A DNA stretch of 64,000 nucleotides from Chara braunii (Eukaryota; Plantae; Charophyceae). The stretch's first letter is position 1. Every line of letters begins with the position of its first letter. The notes beneath the pieces are model-generated. The model saw nothing but the letters and a program-made list of their open reading frames with translations. It was not told where the DNA came from and searched no databases. Below are positions 46,684 to 63,298 of this stretch, piece after piece. The DNA is taken from positions 5,056,435-5,120,434 of the forward strand of contig BFEA01000025.1 of NCBI GenBank assembly GCA_003427395.1, given 5' to 3'. Position numbers and translations under genes: made by a program.

Positions 46684-49600
46684 NNNNNNNNNNNNNNNNN
46701 NNNNNNNNNNNNNNNNNNNNNNNNNNNNNNNNNNNNNNNNNNNNNNNNNNNNNNNNNNNNNNNNNNNNNNNNNNNNNNNNNNNNNNNNNNNNNNNNNNNG
46801 GCCAGGCTCATTCATCTTTCGTATCAGTAACGTACCAACGAGGATGTCCACAGCGATGATGAAGGCGGCGAGCATGATGACGCACACGACAGGCAGCAAG
46901 ACCATCGAGATCGAGATGAAGGTGCGTACGGTAATGGGGAAGGCGATCTCGAAGTGACGAAATGCTTTCTCCCACTTTCTCCCTTGGGCACTCCTCCGTG
47001 CCCGCCACTCGCTGTTTTTCTTGTTCGTCTGCCGCTGTTACCAACCATCCCACTGTTCATAGTAGTTGTCTGTGCCTCAGACCTATACAGTCCTCCCTTC
47101 TCTCTCTTCCCAATCCTTTACTCCTTCGTCAGTTTTCCTTCCATGTCCGTAGCCATGCCTTTGGGCGCAGCCCCTATTACTGAACCTGGCCAGCCTATTC
47201 CTCGAACGCGAATTCTGATGCTGCCATCAGATTCGCCATACCTCAAAACCCCGAAATCGAATCTTCGTTCGCCCGTTTTCACTAAGAAACGGGCGAGATA
47301 TGAGTTACTACCACCACCATATGTCACTCTCCTGACACCTCCGCGCACCTCATTTCCTCTCTACCTCCTAGTCTATTAATTTACTACTAAAACTAACGCC
47401 AAATTCCGGTGCGCCTGGCTCCAAAACCTCAACTTCAGCTCTTCCCTCGCCTGATTCTATCAAGAATCGGGCGAGGTATTCATTCTCCCTTCCTACAAGC
47501 ATCTCTTCCATTGCGTTCTCCTTTCTTACCTGCAGATGTATCTGGCACAAAAACGCGCCCAGGTGCATCTGTCATCATACCAGCCTATTCAACGAACAGG
47601 GGTTGCAGGCTGCTATCGCCGCGGGCCTCAATCAGCGCCCCCTCTTCTAATCCCGCTCTACTTCACGGAATGGCTCTCCACCTCTCCAACCCCCCACCGG
47701 CATGCTAACACCCAAACCTCTCACACCAGACGGACTACACGTTCCCTTGCTGTGCCCCGCCCCTATACCCGAGTCTTATAGTGCCGCTGCAGCCTCGAGT
47801 TGTGGTGGAGCCGGTCCCGTTGCAGACCTTGGTGGTATCAGCAAATATTTAAATGAAAAAATTAAAAAAAAATAGAAGTGTAGGGGGTTCCATGTGACCA
47901 GCTGGCTACAGCTGCGTGCCTCCCCACTGTGCCTTGGGCCGCTCCGCCCTGGCACAGTTCACCATCTTTCGGGCCCCAACGGGCATGCTCAGGACATACT
48001 CACACTGCAGATCGCGGCTGGTGGACAGATGCGCCCGCAGAGGATTCCGGACAGTCAGATTCTTTCTACCCCGTGGGTCAAAGCACCCACGAGCTCATGA
48101 ACTCGTCGAACTTTTCTCGGTCCGTGTTTCAACAATTCATGGTTGTACCAGCTGCTCACGTCCGCTGGACCTGGCAAACAGCCTGGTGCGCCGCATCCCA
48201 AAAAAATGGGACGGGAAATCAGAAATAAAATAAAAGTACAAACAAAGATACGAACACCGAAAAAAAAACGGTGCTTTGGGGAAGGGAGACTGTCGTACCC
48301 CTCTTGGTTCCGCCGACCGGGCCTACGGATGGGCAGACACAAAATCAAGGGGGATAGCCCTGCCGGGCCCTCGACCCCTCGGCATCTTCAACCGCTCCAA
48401 TGTTCCATCGCCGCTGGTAGCCGCCCTCGATCCTTGTGCCGTCGCTTTGAAAGTCCAATGCCNNNNNNNNNNNNNNNNNNNNNNNNNNNNNNNNNNNNNN
48501 NNNNNNNNNNNNNNNNNNNNNNNNNNNNNNNNNNNNNNNNNNNNNNNNNNNNNNNNNNNNNNNNNNNNNNNNNNNNNNNNNNNNNNNNNNNNNNNNNNNN
48601 NNNNNNNNNNNNNNNNNNNNNNNNNNNNNNNNNNNNNNNNNNNNNNNNNNNNNNNNNNNNNNNNNNNNNNNNNNNNNNNNNNNNNNNNNNNNNNNNNNNN
48701 NNNNNNNNNNNNNNNNNNNNNNNNNNNNNNNNNNNNNNNNNNNNNNNNNNNNNNNNNNNNNNNNNNNNNNNNNNNNNNNNNNNNNNNNNNNNCGCTTTGA
48801 AAGTCCAATGCCGTTCATCAATAGTGCTAGTCCCCAAGGCTGAGATGGACCACTGCAAAATTCAATATAACTGTTGCCGCACGGCACACGGGCATACCAA
48901 AATACCCCAAGTCCACTCCTTCACCTACGAACCAAGCTCACGACTGCCGACCTATGACGCCCGCCGTTCATAGGGCCTGGCTCCGTCCACGACCGTCAAC
49001 CTCCCGCATCTACCGCGCGGAGGTCACCGCCTGCGTTCCACTTTCTCTCGCACACCTTGGAGTTGTCTACTCAACCCATCTGCACAGAGGTGCTGAAGAG
49101 GGTGTGGTCTTCAACCACGCACTGCGGTTGTCCAACTTCGAGAGATTAACCCTCAAGGCGCGTGTCAGCCGACACTTGAGTGTCGAACGCGACCCTCGAG
49201 ATTAACGAGGATCGCATGAGTATGGGTACTACATAGGACGCCATTATTGCGTCCGCTTGCGTACGCTTGCATTGCGGATCGATATGAGTTAGCCCTGCGT
49301 CCGCGCGGTTTTATACTAAGCCCCGCGCGCGACGCCTATCCGATTTTTGCATTGGAAAGTTATGGGTTGGGTACTGAAGGGACTAGGAGTGTTGTTGTGT
49401 TGTTGTGTGGTTGTGTAGTTGTGTTGTCATGTTGTTGTATCGTGTCCTTCCATGTGTGCGAGTGTAGTGGTGTAACGCGTGGTATGTAGGATGCGTCCTA
49501 GTCGACCGACGTCGAGTCGCGTCTGGGACCTCAGCCCCCCAGGGCGTCGATTCGCGGGTTCGATTTTGGGCGTTTGACCGCGCATACCCCCTATGCTACA

Positions 49601-51809
49601 ACGAACGAGAAACGCCCTCGGCTGGGCCACCTCTGCAATTGCATATGGAAAGTTTTCGCATGTGGTTCAGTAGCTTGGCAGGGATACGCCCACCTAAGGG
49701 ATGGTGACAGCTCCCGCAGGTGGAGGTAGAGGTGTTTCGCGTGACTCTGTCCTGTCGTTAGGGCTCGCGAGAGGTACGGCTGGCGCACTCGGCCGGAACG
49801 GCAACGCTCTTCGCGACAAGTCCTGCATAATCCTGCGTGACGCGGCCGGGAGGGTCCCCGTGTGGGACCGATGCGCTCGACACCGGGGGTTATGAAAAAT
49901 GTGGTAGGTACTTCGTGGCATAACATGTTGGCACAATTTTGTAGCGAAGCTCGGAGGAGTAGATGGGGATGAAGGAAAATAGAGGTGGTTTTTCATCGTG
50001 CACGTGAAGAGGAGAAATGCGCTCGACATGTGCAACACTTCAAATCGCATGGTTGTAAAGGGAACTGAAGCTCTGTACTGTGGAAGGTAATGTTGTGTAG
50101 GTGACTAGCAAATGTGAAATGTACAAAGGCAAAAACAGTGGTTCCGAGTGTTGTAAGCATGGCCACGTTTCCCTCTTTTTTTTTTTCTTTTGATCAGTAG
50201 AATCATTTCAGATCGAGAGTATGTTAGAAGAACACGAAAAGCACGAAGGCGGCGTGGAGAAAGATGAGGAGCCAGGGAAGGGAGGAAGATGTGTCTGTTG
50301 ACTGCTGCGAAGTGCACACGAATATTGGCTAGTCGGACAAACGACCCAGCAACTTTGGCTAGTCGGACCAATGACCCAGCGACTTTCTGATGGGATCTTG
50401 CGTCGAAAATTGGAAATTTAATCGTTGACACGCATCATAAACTAAAACTTTCAGATCTAGATCGCAAATTGTCTCTTTCTAGTTCGGTTGGTGTTTGACG
50501 GGTGGGATTCCAATTTTTTTGTCTATCAAATGAGGATTGCTGGCCTGTATCTGTGGTGTCGCTGGTGTGCAAAATATCTATCATTATTGTTGGTGCTTCA
50601 AGCTTGGGGCAGCTTTCACATGCTATGTTTATGCTTCGCGGATTGACTTTCTATTTGAGAGAACCCGCTGTCTATTTTACCCTTTTAGTAATCGATCGCT
50701 ACCTTTCACAGGCAATGTCGAAACACTAAAATGAGAACATTCCATGATCGTCGGAGGACCGAAAAAAAAAGTTTTATGCTGTTTGTTTTTCATCATTTCC
50801 AAATGGACAGACCTGTTGTCGATGCTTGTCGTCGATGGGCTCAATGTTGTAGGCAAAGGGCCGGGGCGGAGCACTACCGGGAGCGCTGCGCCCCGACATC
50901 GACCATGGCAGAGTTCTAAGCTGGAGCGTGATACCGGGGCGATGGCAGGAGGTGGGGATCTTCCAACTAGTGATTCCAGCACGTAGCGCATGCCAGGGCC
51001 TGGAGGCACTAGTCTAGGCCACGTCACGGGCTGACGTGGAGGATAGACCGACCCCCGACAGTTACTCGGGAGTTTCGCGTTTTTGCCCCATCGCCGCTGC
51101 GGTTCTGCTCGTGGTATCATAAGGCGCTGCTGGCGAAACTTGTTGTTATAGGGCGCTGCTTACCCCCATCATCAGCATCACTACGTTATCATCCAAGGTG
51201 TTCGTCATTTGCACCATCACCATCTCTCCGAGCGTCGTCATCATCATCATTATCATCACCTCACCATCATCATCATCATCATCATTATTATCATCATCAT
51301 TATCATTATCATCAATTTGTAATCATTGGGCGTTGTTGGTACTGTTCTTCAGTACGATCAGCATTACCATTCTGTCTTCATTTTCATCATTACTATCATC
51401 ATCATCCTTTTGTCATCATTAGGTGTGGCGGTTCAAGGTCGTGTTCGTTTTTCACATCAGCAGGTGAGTTTGGTCGTCATCATCATCTTCAACGTCATCA
51501 TCTTCAGGATGCTGTCCAATCGCTATCGTGTTCGTCTTTCACATTAGCAGGTGAGTTTGGTCGTCATCATCATCTTCATGATGCTGTTCAATCGCTATCT
51601 GGAAAAAAAAAAAAAAAAAAAAAAACTCTCATTTACCTTTCTCTCCATCATAATTTTTCGAAATTTTAAATTATTCCACTCATGTCTTAAGAAATTGATC
51701 TGAGGAGTGTGCTTCAGTCGGGATAGGGCTTCTGTGGTCACGGTTTGGACTCTTGGGGGCAGGGTGGGGGTGATATTGGGGAGCCCTACTCTACAGGGGC
51801 GCTGCAAGG

Positions 51810-53596
<1,787 letters not shown>

Positions 53597-54670
53597 ACTT
53601 TAGTGTTTGGAAAACTGCTGTGGATTTCAGGAGGTGCTTAGCAAGTGTAGTCTTCTCATCATCTCTCACGAAGAAGAAAAAAGGGAGGCTAGAATTGTTG
53701 ATATAGCACAGTCTTTTTCATACCAATCATCATTATCATCATCGTCATCATCATCATCATCATCATCATTATCGTCATCACTATCAGCATCGAAACTACT
53801 ATCTCATAGATTTCATAGAATCTGTAGAAGTTCATCATCATCAGCATCATCATCATCATCCGATGACGGACGCTGAGCCCCGTTCTCAGCATGTTTGGTT
53901 CGATCACTCCGGGTAGACTATGAGGACCCCGGCCTCAATTTTCCCTTCGATAATATCAGCCTTTTGTGAAAAAATAAAACGAAAAATAAATCATTTCCAA
54001 ATGGACAACAGTGGTCGGCATTCTCCTTCCTTTATAGTTTTTCAAGAAATGTAGCGTATTATTTCTTTTTCTTTTTTTTTTTTTTTTTCTGAGAAAACGG
54101 TCCCGCACAGTGCTAGTGATGTCGGTTGAAACAGGCACATTTCTGAAATTAGGGTTTTGGGCTCAAATTTCATGTTTTTTTGGAATTTTAAGTTTTTGCT
54201 ATATATGCATTTTGATAGGGTTGCCGTATATGAAATTTGGGGTTATTTGGAGTCTTAGAATTTGCGCTATTAAGATTTCTGAAATTTATGAAATTGGTTG
54301 AGTTTTTTTTGGGCCCAATTTCATGGATATGCACCTTTGGGTTGCTGTTTTATATGTTTTTAATTGTTTTTTTAGGGTTTTTTTCTGTGATGGAGTAGTA
54401 AGAAGTGCACTCTATAGATTGGTGTGAAGTGTTGTTAAAATGACTGTCTGGTTTTCTTATAAATGGGCCTGAAAAATGGGTGCTCGGTTAACCTGCTCTC
54501 CCGGTCCTGAGGCGTGCTAGCGGAATTTCCCAGTTTCGAAAGCGGATATTATATTATGAAAGTTTTAGATGCAAGATATAATATAATTCTATGAGGCCAC
54601 TTTGCACTCAGCTTAGCCAGTTTCTCAGACAATAGCCGTGGAGCATGTGATAAATGTCTTTCCTCTGATG

Positions 54671-54729
<59 letters not shown>

Positions 54730-55329
54730 TGTCCCAGCCTTCCCATGAGGCTTGGGTTCAGTTGTTATGCAACTTTCAAAGCCTCGGCACGATGTAAATG
54801 TTTCCTTTTCCTTCACCGTCGTGCAGCGGGCATTTTTTTGAGCCTGGGAGTTGTGTGCTTCGTCTCTGTTTGCCTAGCATAGTGGTAGGACTTCGGTTGG
54901 TAGTCTTTAGCCTGGCAGGCGAGAGAATGGGAAAGAAGGAAAGAGGGAGAAAAATGACAATGTCCCGCTATCGAGTGGTTCTGTTTGCGAGATAGTCAAC
55001 TTCATTGACGCCCATCGCCCACCGCGAGCGTGGCCATCCTCACGACGTTGACTGGCGAACAGGTGAAAAACCGGTTTTGCGCCCACCCCGCCCATCGCTG
55101 CGGCGCATCCAATGGCCCGCGCACGTTTTCGCGCCTCGTTTCGGCCCGCAGCGTCTCTGTTGTCTCAGGCGTCGCAGGAGGGTTGGGTTCAAGTTTTGAG
55201 CGTGGGAGTTGTGCGCTTAGTCTCTGTTTGCCTAGCATAGTGGTAGGACATTTTTGGCTCGTAGTCTTTAGCCTTTTCGTTTGGTAGGCAGGCAATGTAG
55301 CCATACAGAGATGTGGCTCATTTGGAAAT

Positions 55330-57783
55330 CCTTCCTTGTACTTTTGACTAGACAATTGGAAGCTCCTCATTTGACTTGGCAAGTTGGGCTAATATTTGGA
55401 AATCATTTGATATATTGTTGCCTCTTGGTGAGCGGTGAGAGTGTTGGGAATCATGTTAACAGCAACAGGAAGAGTTGCGCCCAGTGATGATTGGATTCTT
55501 CAACCTACGCTGGAGAAGCTGGCACGTTGGAATGATCAACATATCTCCTTGATTGGTAAGGCGTTAGTGATTAAAAATTTGGTGTTGGCCGCTCTATGGT
55601 ATAAGTCTGCAATATCGGCACTTAGCAAGGATGCACTACGCTCGCTTAGGCGGCAAATAACAACCCTGCTGTGGAGAAGTAAGAGTGAGTTTCCGAATGT
55701 TATCAGCAGGGTGGTCTAGCTATCGGTAATCCAACCCACAAACAAAGAGGGCTTGGGGATTTTGGATCCTGGTATTCACACCACAACGCTAACGGTTCAA
55801 TGTATTAAGAGGTTGATACTCACACAGGACCTTCCCTGGTACGCCGTGGCACTGGAACAGATTGTCTGGTTGGCCCCACAAGCACCACAAAAAGTTGACC
55901 CCCTGACTTGGCTAGACAACCGTTTCTGGTCTATCCCACAACCTCCCCATGCTGACCAGACCACGAGTCGGGGCGAAGCCCGTGGCGACCTGGCCAAAGA
56001 TGATTCTTGATCCGATGCTTGCAAGCTTGGTGCCAGCTCCCGCTCCCAGATAAGCCCGGACTAGCCAGGTGGGAAGTGGTGGCTAGCCAACCCTTGTATG
56101 GCGACAAAAATATCACGCACCGGAACGGAAGTATGTTCTGCAACGCGGACACCCCCTGGAGCAGCTGGGTTAAGGAAGGTATACTTAGAGTTAAAGATAT
56201 TTGGGATCCACAAAACAAGGACTGGAAAACGGCACAACAAATGAGGACGACATTGAAATACTGTCACAACATAGAAAAAGATATGGAAGAGCCGATCTTT
56301 GCAATCCCTCTGGACTGGGTACGCATTCCGCAAAAGGAACCAAGGCTAGTGGAAAGGGATAGGGTTGCAGCTACGGGAGACCCGGAGAGTGTAGGGAGCG
56401 TGTAGAGGCTCGCGTAGATGAAACACTGGTAAACCTCTTCTACAAAGGAACCGGCAACGTGCTAATCAAATACACCCTGAATGTGACAAGATGGTGTCGA
56501 AACTTTGACCTGCATAGGATCCTGGTGTTAAACAATAAAGAACGCGGACCAGCCTTGTAGACCTTCCTTTGACCCTAAGGAGTTGCAATGGCCCCCTGCA
56601 CGAAGAACCTGGGTGCCTAAGAATGCAATGCTTCCGTGCATATTTGTGAAGGCCACGTACCGGTTACTGCGCCCCAGAGGAAACTTGAAAGACATCGTCA
56701 AGACCCCCACGCGAGCTAGGCCTGCAAAGCCGGCCTCGCTACAATGGCGGATAGAACACCGCTGCCTCCCCACCAATGACTGGCTGATAGATCGCACATA
56801 CCTCGAACAGAAAGGCCTGGCGCTCCAATGGTGTAAGTCTGCCGTTCCCCTCCCGCAAGATCCCGAAAACAATTCTGGCAGTGTCCGGGGGCTGTCCTTA
56901 CATGACGATGGTGGGACAAAATCTGCAACCTGCTGCGTACGGGCTCTACCTGGCCATGGGACTGGAGGGCGATTCTATGCCAAACATGGACCTCCCCATC
57001 AGATAGTTTGTTCGAAAAGAACATGTTTAAGATAGGGAGGAGAGCCGTCCTGCGGGCCATCTGGAGGAGACGCTGCATACATGCCATGGAAGGGGTTGGC
57101 ATAGCCGGGGAATGAGGGACATGGTCAAACAATATATACAGCAGGATGTTATGGCACAATGGCAGTCAGCTGGATCTGTTCCAGACACAAAAAGACATAA
57201 AACAAAAAATCGAACAATTTTCAGGGGACTGGCTAGGCAGTGAGAAGGGAGGTCGGATCACCTTCATCAAGTGGGACGGTGACTGCACCCAGGAAGGTAA
57301 CGAAGGCATTGATGATGGTGATCCAGGGACGATCGATAGAGATTATCATATCTGTTTCAAAGACTGGAGAACGGTGGATTCAAGAATTCCGTCGCGGCCT
57401 CCCTCGGACTTTCCCCCCATCAGCCGACCATGGTAGACATGCAATGGTATGGGGTGGTATCAGTAGGCCAGCAGTGTCAATAGAAGGGGTACCTCAAAGG
57501 CAGGGGGTGGGAGGAACCATGGTGTGGTTCCCTTCCCCCCCCCCTCCCAACATCGTGCTCAGTCAATCCCCTGGACCGCAGGGTAATCAATGCTGCCAGG
57601 AATATCCCACAACTCGTTTTCTGATGTGATTCAAATTCTGTGCACGTAAGGGACGCTGGACCCGTTTTCCAACAGGTTTTGTTCCCCACCAATAGATGGA
57701 GCCCTCCCCAGGTGCTAGCCGTGTCTGCTCTTATCAGCACCACTAGCACTGATGGATGCGTGTTAAAAAAAAAAGAAAAAAAA
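55330..57783 (+). mobile_element. 5'-truncated, degenerate L1/Tx1-type LINE
   Basis: Post-RT motifs RVLG, W....ISLIGKALVIK.LV....WY, LLW, KEGLGI; zf-RVT-like HRCLPTN..WCK; A-rich tail at 57765-57783 (linkage of the tail to the ORF is inferred). Confidence 0.8.
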
Positions 57784-58796
57784 GATTGTGTTGCTTGCAG
57801 CGCAGCTTGAGGAGAGAGCAACTGCAGCATTCTACCACAGCCAGTGTGAGCTTGCTGTTCACTGGACAGTTTCTCGAGCCTGTTGTTGCATATTGGTCAC
57901 GAAGGCAGGGCAATCGATTCCACATCACGTTTTTTCTGGTTTCATTGAATATTTTGGGAGCGATTTTAAAACGCCTACTGTCTGTGGAGGTGCAATCAAG
58001 TATGATCTCATCTCAATAAAGTGCACAAGTGATCCAAGTACTTTAGACACAACTTGGACCACATCAGCAACATCTTCACATCACCACGTGGCACGTTAGC
58101 GCAGTATCATACCCCTGGCCACTAGCTATCTGTTGCTAGACCTTGTTTTGTGCGGAATTTTAATATAAGTGGTGCATGACGGAGGGGATGGGAGTAAGGT
58201 TGAGATTTTGGTGGGGGGGGGGCGGGGGGGAAGAAGCTCCCAAGGTTGTGTAATTGGTGGGTGATATGGTCACAAACAAGGACAAACTGCACACGTCAGG
58301 AGTTGCAGCGACCTTCAAGGAAAGAGAAGTCTGTGCAGGCAAGTGTCATGATGGTGACTTTCGCATAGATTGTGGATGCTGAGCTGCAGAACAGAAGGAT
58401 GACTTAGTGGCAAGGCTAGGTGCCTTAGATGCCCAGATTATGGTGGCTGACGATGAAATGTGGGAGAAAAACAGGTTGCCTAGGAGAAGAACATGGAGGT
58501 TGGGAACATCATAGTCTATGTTGCAGGTATGGATAATGATGTAGAGGTTGGTGATAGACTATAGTGTCCAAGCACGAGACCTAACAACTTTTGCATGGGC
58601 AGATTTGGTGAAGGCCCGCCGTTGGCTTCTCCTTTGCCACAACAAACTTCGGCAAAACCTTCCAGCTTGCGCAACGAAAACAATCAGCATGCTCTTCTTT
58701 TTTTTTTTTTTTTTTTTTTTAAANNNNNNNNNNNNNNNNGACCCCTGCGAACATAGCTTTGTTGTCTCCCTCCCGAAAACAATCAGCATGCTCTTC

Positions 58797-58957
58797 TTTT
58801 TTTTTTTTTTTTTTTTTTTAAACAACCCCCTCCAGTGCTAGGTGTGCTGATAAGAGCAGACACCGCGCTAGCACCGGGGGCGAGGCTCCATCTATTGGTG
58901 GGGAGCATCACCTGCTGGAAAGCGGGTACAGCGTCCCATATACAGAGTGAAATGCAC
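58797..58957 (-). repeat. Inverted copy of the 57626-57783 segment, with poly(A) tail on the - strand
   Basis: 58833-58937 is the diverged reverse complement of 57650-57751. Confidence 0.8.
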
Positions 58958-61075
58958 GCTCATTTAACAAAGGCTGAAAATAAGATCCTGAACACTTCGC
59001 GGGAAAAAACGATGATGTTGAAGTCTGGCTGCTGAACGGGAAACGTCAGATTTCTTATTGCTGTCCATGGGTAGCATCACAAAGTTTCGATTCTCCATCA
59101 GCAACAGAGAACACTTGGTCAAAAATCACGCCAACTCATAGTTTTTTTTCCGGTTTGAGGGTTGGAAGACCATTTGCAGAAGTCTTTTGGGATGGTTTCT
59201 TCCGGGGAGTGTATGTGATATGTACTCCCCCATAACGTCCCCTCCCAAATGCAAGTTCGTTTTCTTACTTCATGTTTCGACTTCGAGTAAAGGGAAGCGA
59301 GATGAGATGGTTTCCAAACAGAAGTTGCAAACATCCGCCTCCCACCGAGCTTCACTCGCCAACCTTTCCTTCTGCATAGTGCTGAAATTTGATAGGAACT
59401 GGAAGTTTCGAAACTGGTTGGTATACTACCATAATGAAATCACCTTTCATTTTTTGTATTTGGATAGGTTTTGTTTTCGCTGCTTTTGGAGGCTTCCGAA
59501 GTTTAATATGTCAGCTTTCAAAACAAAAACTGAATTGGAATTAATCACTGGAGTAAATGGATTTGAACCTTTCCATGTCGGTCCCTAATAAAAGCTCATG
59601 TTTCAATTTAACGTAGACCAGCTTGCATATGTTGCTCAAGCTTGCACATTTTGCGTTCCATAGTACCTGCAGAATACTGGCATCGATCATAGCCAATAGC
59701 CAATTGCTGCCATCATAGGATGGCAACTCTGCGATGAAACTAGGCTACCAGAGTGGCCCTGAGCCAAGAGTACCAAGAGGCCGGCCCAAAAACATTTCGG
59801 TATACAACTTTCCATGTGAGCTGGAGCCAAAAGTCGTTCACTTTATTTTTTCTGCATACGCTAGTTTTAAATCGGATTTTCATGTTTTTTTTTTTTTTAA
59901 TTCTTTTTTCTTTTCCTTCGCTGGGACCTTCCCTGGTCCTTGCACAGTCAGGCCACCCAGCTTAGTACCCGGGCCCAGGCACGAAACCAGAATCAAGTTG
60001 GAAAAAATATAAAAACGGATAGCGCCATCGGCCTTCAAACTGATCCAAATGGGGCCCATAATGTTCCGCCTTTAAGCGCCTTTCTTTCTTTCTCTTTCTT
60101 TTTCTTTTTCTTTTTCTTGGTAAAGGTGTAACCATACTATTTCAGAATGAACGGAAAGGATGCCAAAAACCGGGACACAATTTGCCCTGGAGGAACTGCT
60201 GGGGCCATTGCGCAGATTCACCTCTTGCTGGAAACCGGGTTCAGCGTCCCCTGAAAACCATGCATCTAAGACCCTTCCCCCCAAAACAAACTTTGCTCAA
60301 GTATGCGATGTGCTCTTTCGAGTCCTAAGTACCAGAGCTATTGCCCCCCACTCTCCACGGGAATCGGGTTCCAGCCTAGTACTAATGGTACATACTCGAG
60401 ATGTAATCCAGTCACAGTTCGGTACATACTTGGAGATGCAAACCGGGACAGCTTAGGTAACCACTGTAAACCTGACCTACGCCGCCCCCCCCCGCCCCCC
60501 CCCNCTAGTGATGCTGCTCTATCATTTCAAAGGGGAAAAAAAAAAAAAACTTCAGAGCAGATAATGTCAACCTTCTTACCCGGCCTATGGAGGATTCAAC
60601 ACCGCGAAATCACTAACTTCTTGTCCAGGGTGACTGCCGCTCTGTTCTCAGAAAGGGAAGATATCCTTTATTCTTGCTGGTAAAGTGGGAACTCAAATCT
60701 GAGAGATTATTTTGCCAGCAAATGTTGTTTTACTTCTGATTTGTTGCTACTGCAGCGATATTCTCTCGCTGGAAAATCTCTGCATTCCTGGCTCTCCATA
60801 TGTCCTGCATGAGGAAACATACTACACGACCGAGCAACGTCCAAGGCCAGGCTACGTTAATAATGATCTCCGACCACTAAGCTGGATTTCAAAGCATGGC
60901 AGGACAACAAAATCAAGAGAAAAAAATTCACATAGCATAAGCGGGGTTATGTCATAAATTTTACATGGAAGAGGGGTGGTGATGTTATCATCAAGTTGAC
61001 ATCAACACCTATTATATCACAGCCATCTCCTGGCCATGCTTTTCGAATCCACCTGGGCCACACGTACGCACACGC

Positions 61076-61128
<53 letters not shown>

Positions 61129-63298
61129 GGCCTTCCACGTTCAAGAGCCCGACTAAGTTTCAGGCAAACCGGTGTTTTAAGCAGCACAAGCTCAGTGCCA
61201 ATGCAGTAGATGTGGAAGCAAGAGGTGCTCCACGCTTTCAGATTGAAGACGAGGCCAAGACAACACGACTGGAATCGTTCTGTTTGTACCTTTTGAATAG
61301 TGATGACAGAGAATTGAAGATAAGCCATGGAAGGTCCCAAAGATAATGTGGAAGCAATAGGTCTCATTATTCCCCACGCCAGAGAATTGAAGATAAGCCA
61401 TGGAAGGTCCCAAAGATAATGATTTAGAGCGGCGACTACACTATACCCGACCCTCAAATATACTACGCGACAGGCTGTTTGTTCTGGGTGGAGCGCCGCT
61501 AAAAGGCGATAGAAGAGCTTGTGACCTGCTTGGACCATGCTTCACACTCTTTCAGAGTTGTTCCACGGCAGGTTGTTCCACGCCAGGTGGACACAATGGG
61601 CCTCGCTGCACTGCTCTCGAAAAGTGCAAAACGAGAGTGAATCTTCCGCGAGAATATGGAAAGATACACGGCCATGATTTTTGTCGTATGTGCATGCCGA
61701 GAGTAGTGCAGCGAGGCCCAACATCCTTACTACAGAATGGATGCAATACATCGGAGGAGTTGTTGGGACCTGTTTCGTCTCTCTATGATTCACCATCGGA
61801 TTTTTTGAGACTTGACCTGCTGCCACAGGTACCAACGACGTTTCACCGCGGAATGCAAGACGTAAATAAGACATTAAAACTTGAGACGAGTGCCGTAGAA
61901 ACAAACACAAGGCAAGGCAACAACCAGAAGCGTGGTGACATTAAAGCCATAGAGTGGCACGACAACAAAGAGGCAATTGATTGTTCATAACGATGTCACC
62001 ATGCAACGACGACTCTCAGAGTGCTCACGGAAGGCATGTTAACATTTCCCGAGGGTAAAGGTGCAACGACAGTAATCTGGTAATTTAATTTACGTGGTCA
62101 AACACGATGTCCAGATGCAGAACCAAATGTGTGATTTTCTCGCATGGAGTGTAATAACATGTGGCACAACGGCAAGAAAACATTCGCGGCGACCCTCCTC
62201 TTAACAGGAAGAGAGAAGCAAAAATGAGGGAAACCCATTAACGTACCCTCCCTCGGCCGCAAACCACGCATGACTCCTCTCACGGCGGACAGTTGCTCGA
62301 ACCCCTTTAAAGGTGCTGTAAGCCCTTTTGAGGGAGGGAGCTCTTCAACTGCACTCCGTGCCAAACAAACACCTACTGCAGACCCAACGCACACATCCTA
62401 GAGTGTCGTAGCGCTAGCATCGTATCGTAATCCTCTAATTTCGCCATATCCCTATCTGCTAATCACCGAAACCCCAAAACGGCGAAATCCACAACTCGAC
62501 TACTGCATTGTGGTTGACCAAAAGAGGAAACTCTTCTGGTCTACCAGCTTCTCATACAGGAAAAGAGAAGCCCACAGTAGAGGTAGAGATCACTCCAAAC
62601 TCGCTGCCATCCACTGAAAGAACAAACCGTCAACACAGCCAACATTTCGCGAATTACGTAATTACGGGAAGTCGAGGGAACAATAGCAACACACTCACCA
62701 TGCCAACAGCAAAAGAAGAGGCTGCCGCCTCACAGAACAGCATGCATGACCAATGACCATGTCCTTCTGCGACATGAGCTAAGACGGGGAAGGCCAGCAG
62801 GTGACAGACAAATCGAAAGGAACTCGCCGGCAGAATGAGAAAGCATTCACTGTTTTCATTGTGGATTGACTGAGTAAGATGGATGTATACACATCTCCAG
62901 GAAGAAAAGGGTAGGGCACCCTCCCTTTCTAACAAAAGTAACTCTACAAGGGGAAGGGGAAAAACATTGTGTGCAACTGGGGGGGGGGGNGGGGGGCGGC
63001 AAGTGGCTCACTCACAGGGAAAAAGAGTGTATGGAACATGGTAGGATATATTACCCATATTTGACACAGGAAAAAATTGCCCTGACTCTGCGCGAACATA
63101 CAAATGGCCCTATCTCCACTCCTTGAGATCGAACAGCGAGCGGAGGCCACTGTGCTTCACACACCCGACATACCGAATGCCAGGGTCAGCAATGTCACAC
63201 ACACAAACACACAAACCAGCGAGGCGAGGATGCGGAGCTAACCACCAAAATCTTTCTACCAACTATAACTCGCAAACCCTCGTTGTATGGCACAACAA

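Noticed and set aside
45843-47781. Coding-like D/H/R/G-rich and P/S-rich ORF fragments (repeated K.RARY)
   Set aside because: Broken by stops, a microsatellite and a gap; no recognisable domain; possibly a TE remnant
48872-49925. Possible solo LTR (TGTTGCC...GGCATAACA)
   Set aside because: No TSD, PBS or PPT could be verified
51008-51039. Helitron-like 3' end on the - strand (hairpin CCACGTCA/TGACGTGG then CTAG-T)
   Set aside because: Single short motif with no 5' end or second copy
57720-57740. U2-like stretch GTGTCTGCTCTTATCAG
   Set aside because: No flanking U2 similarity; part of another repeat
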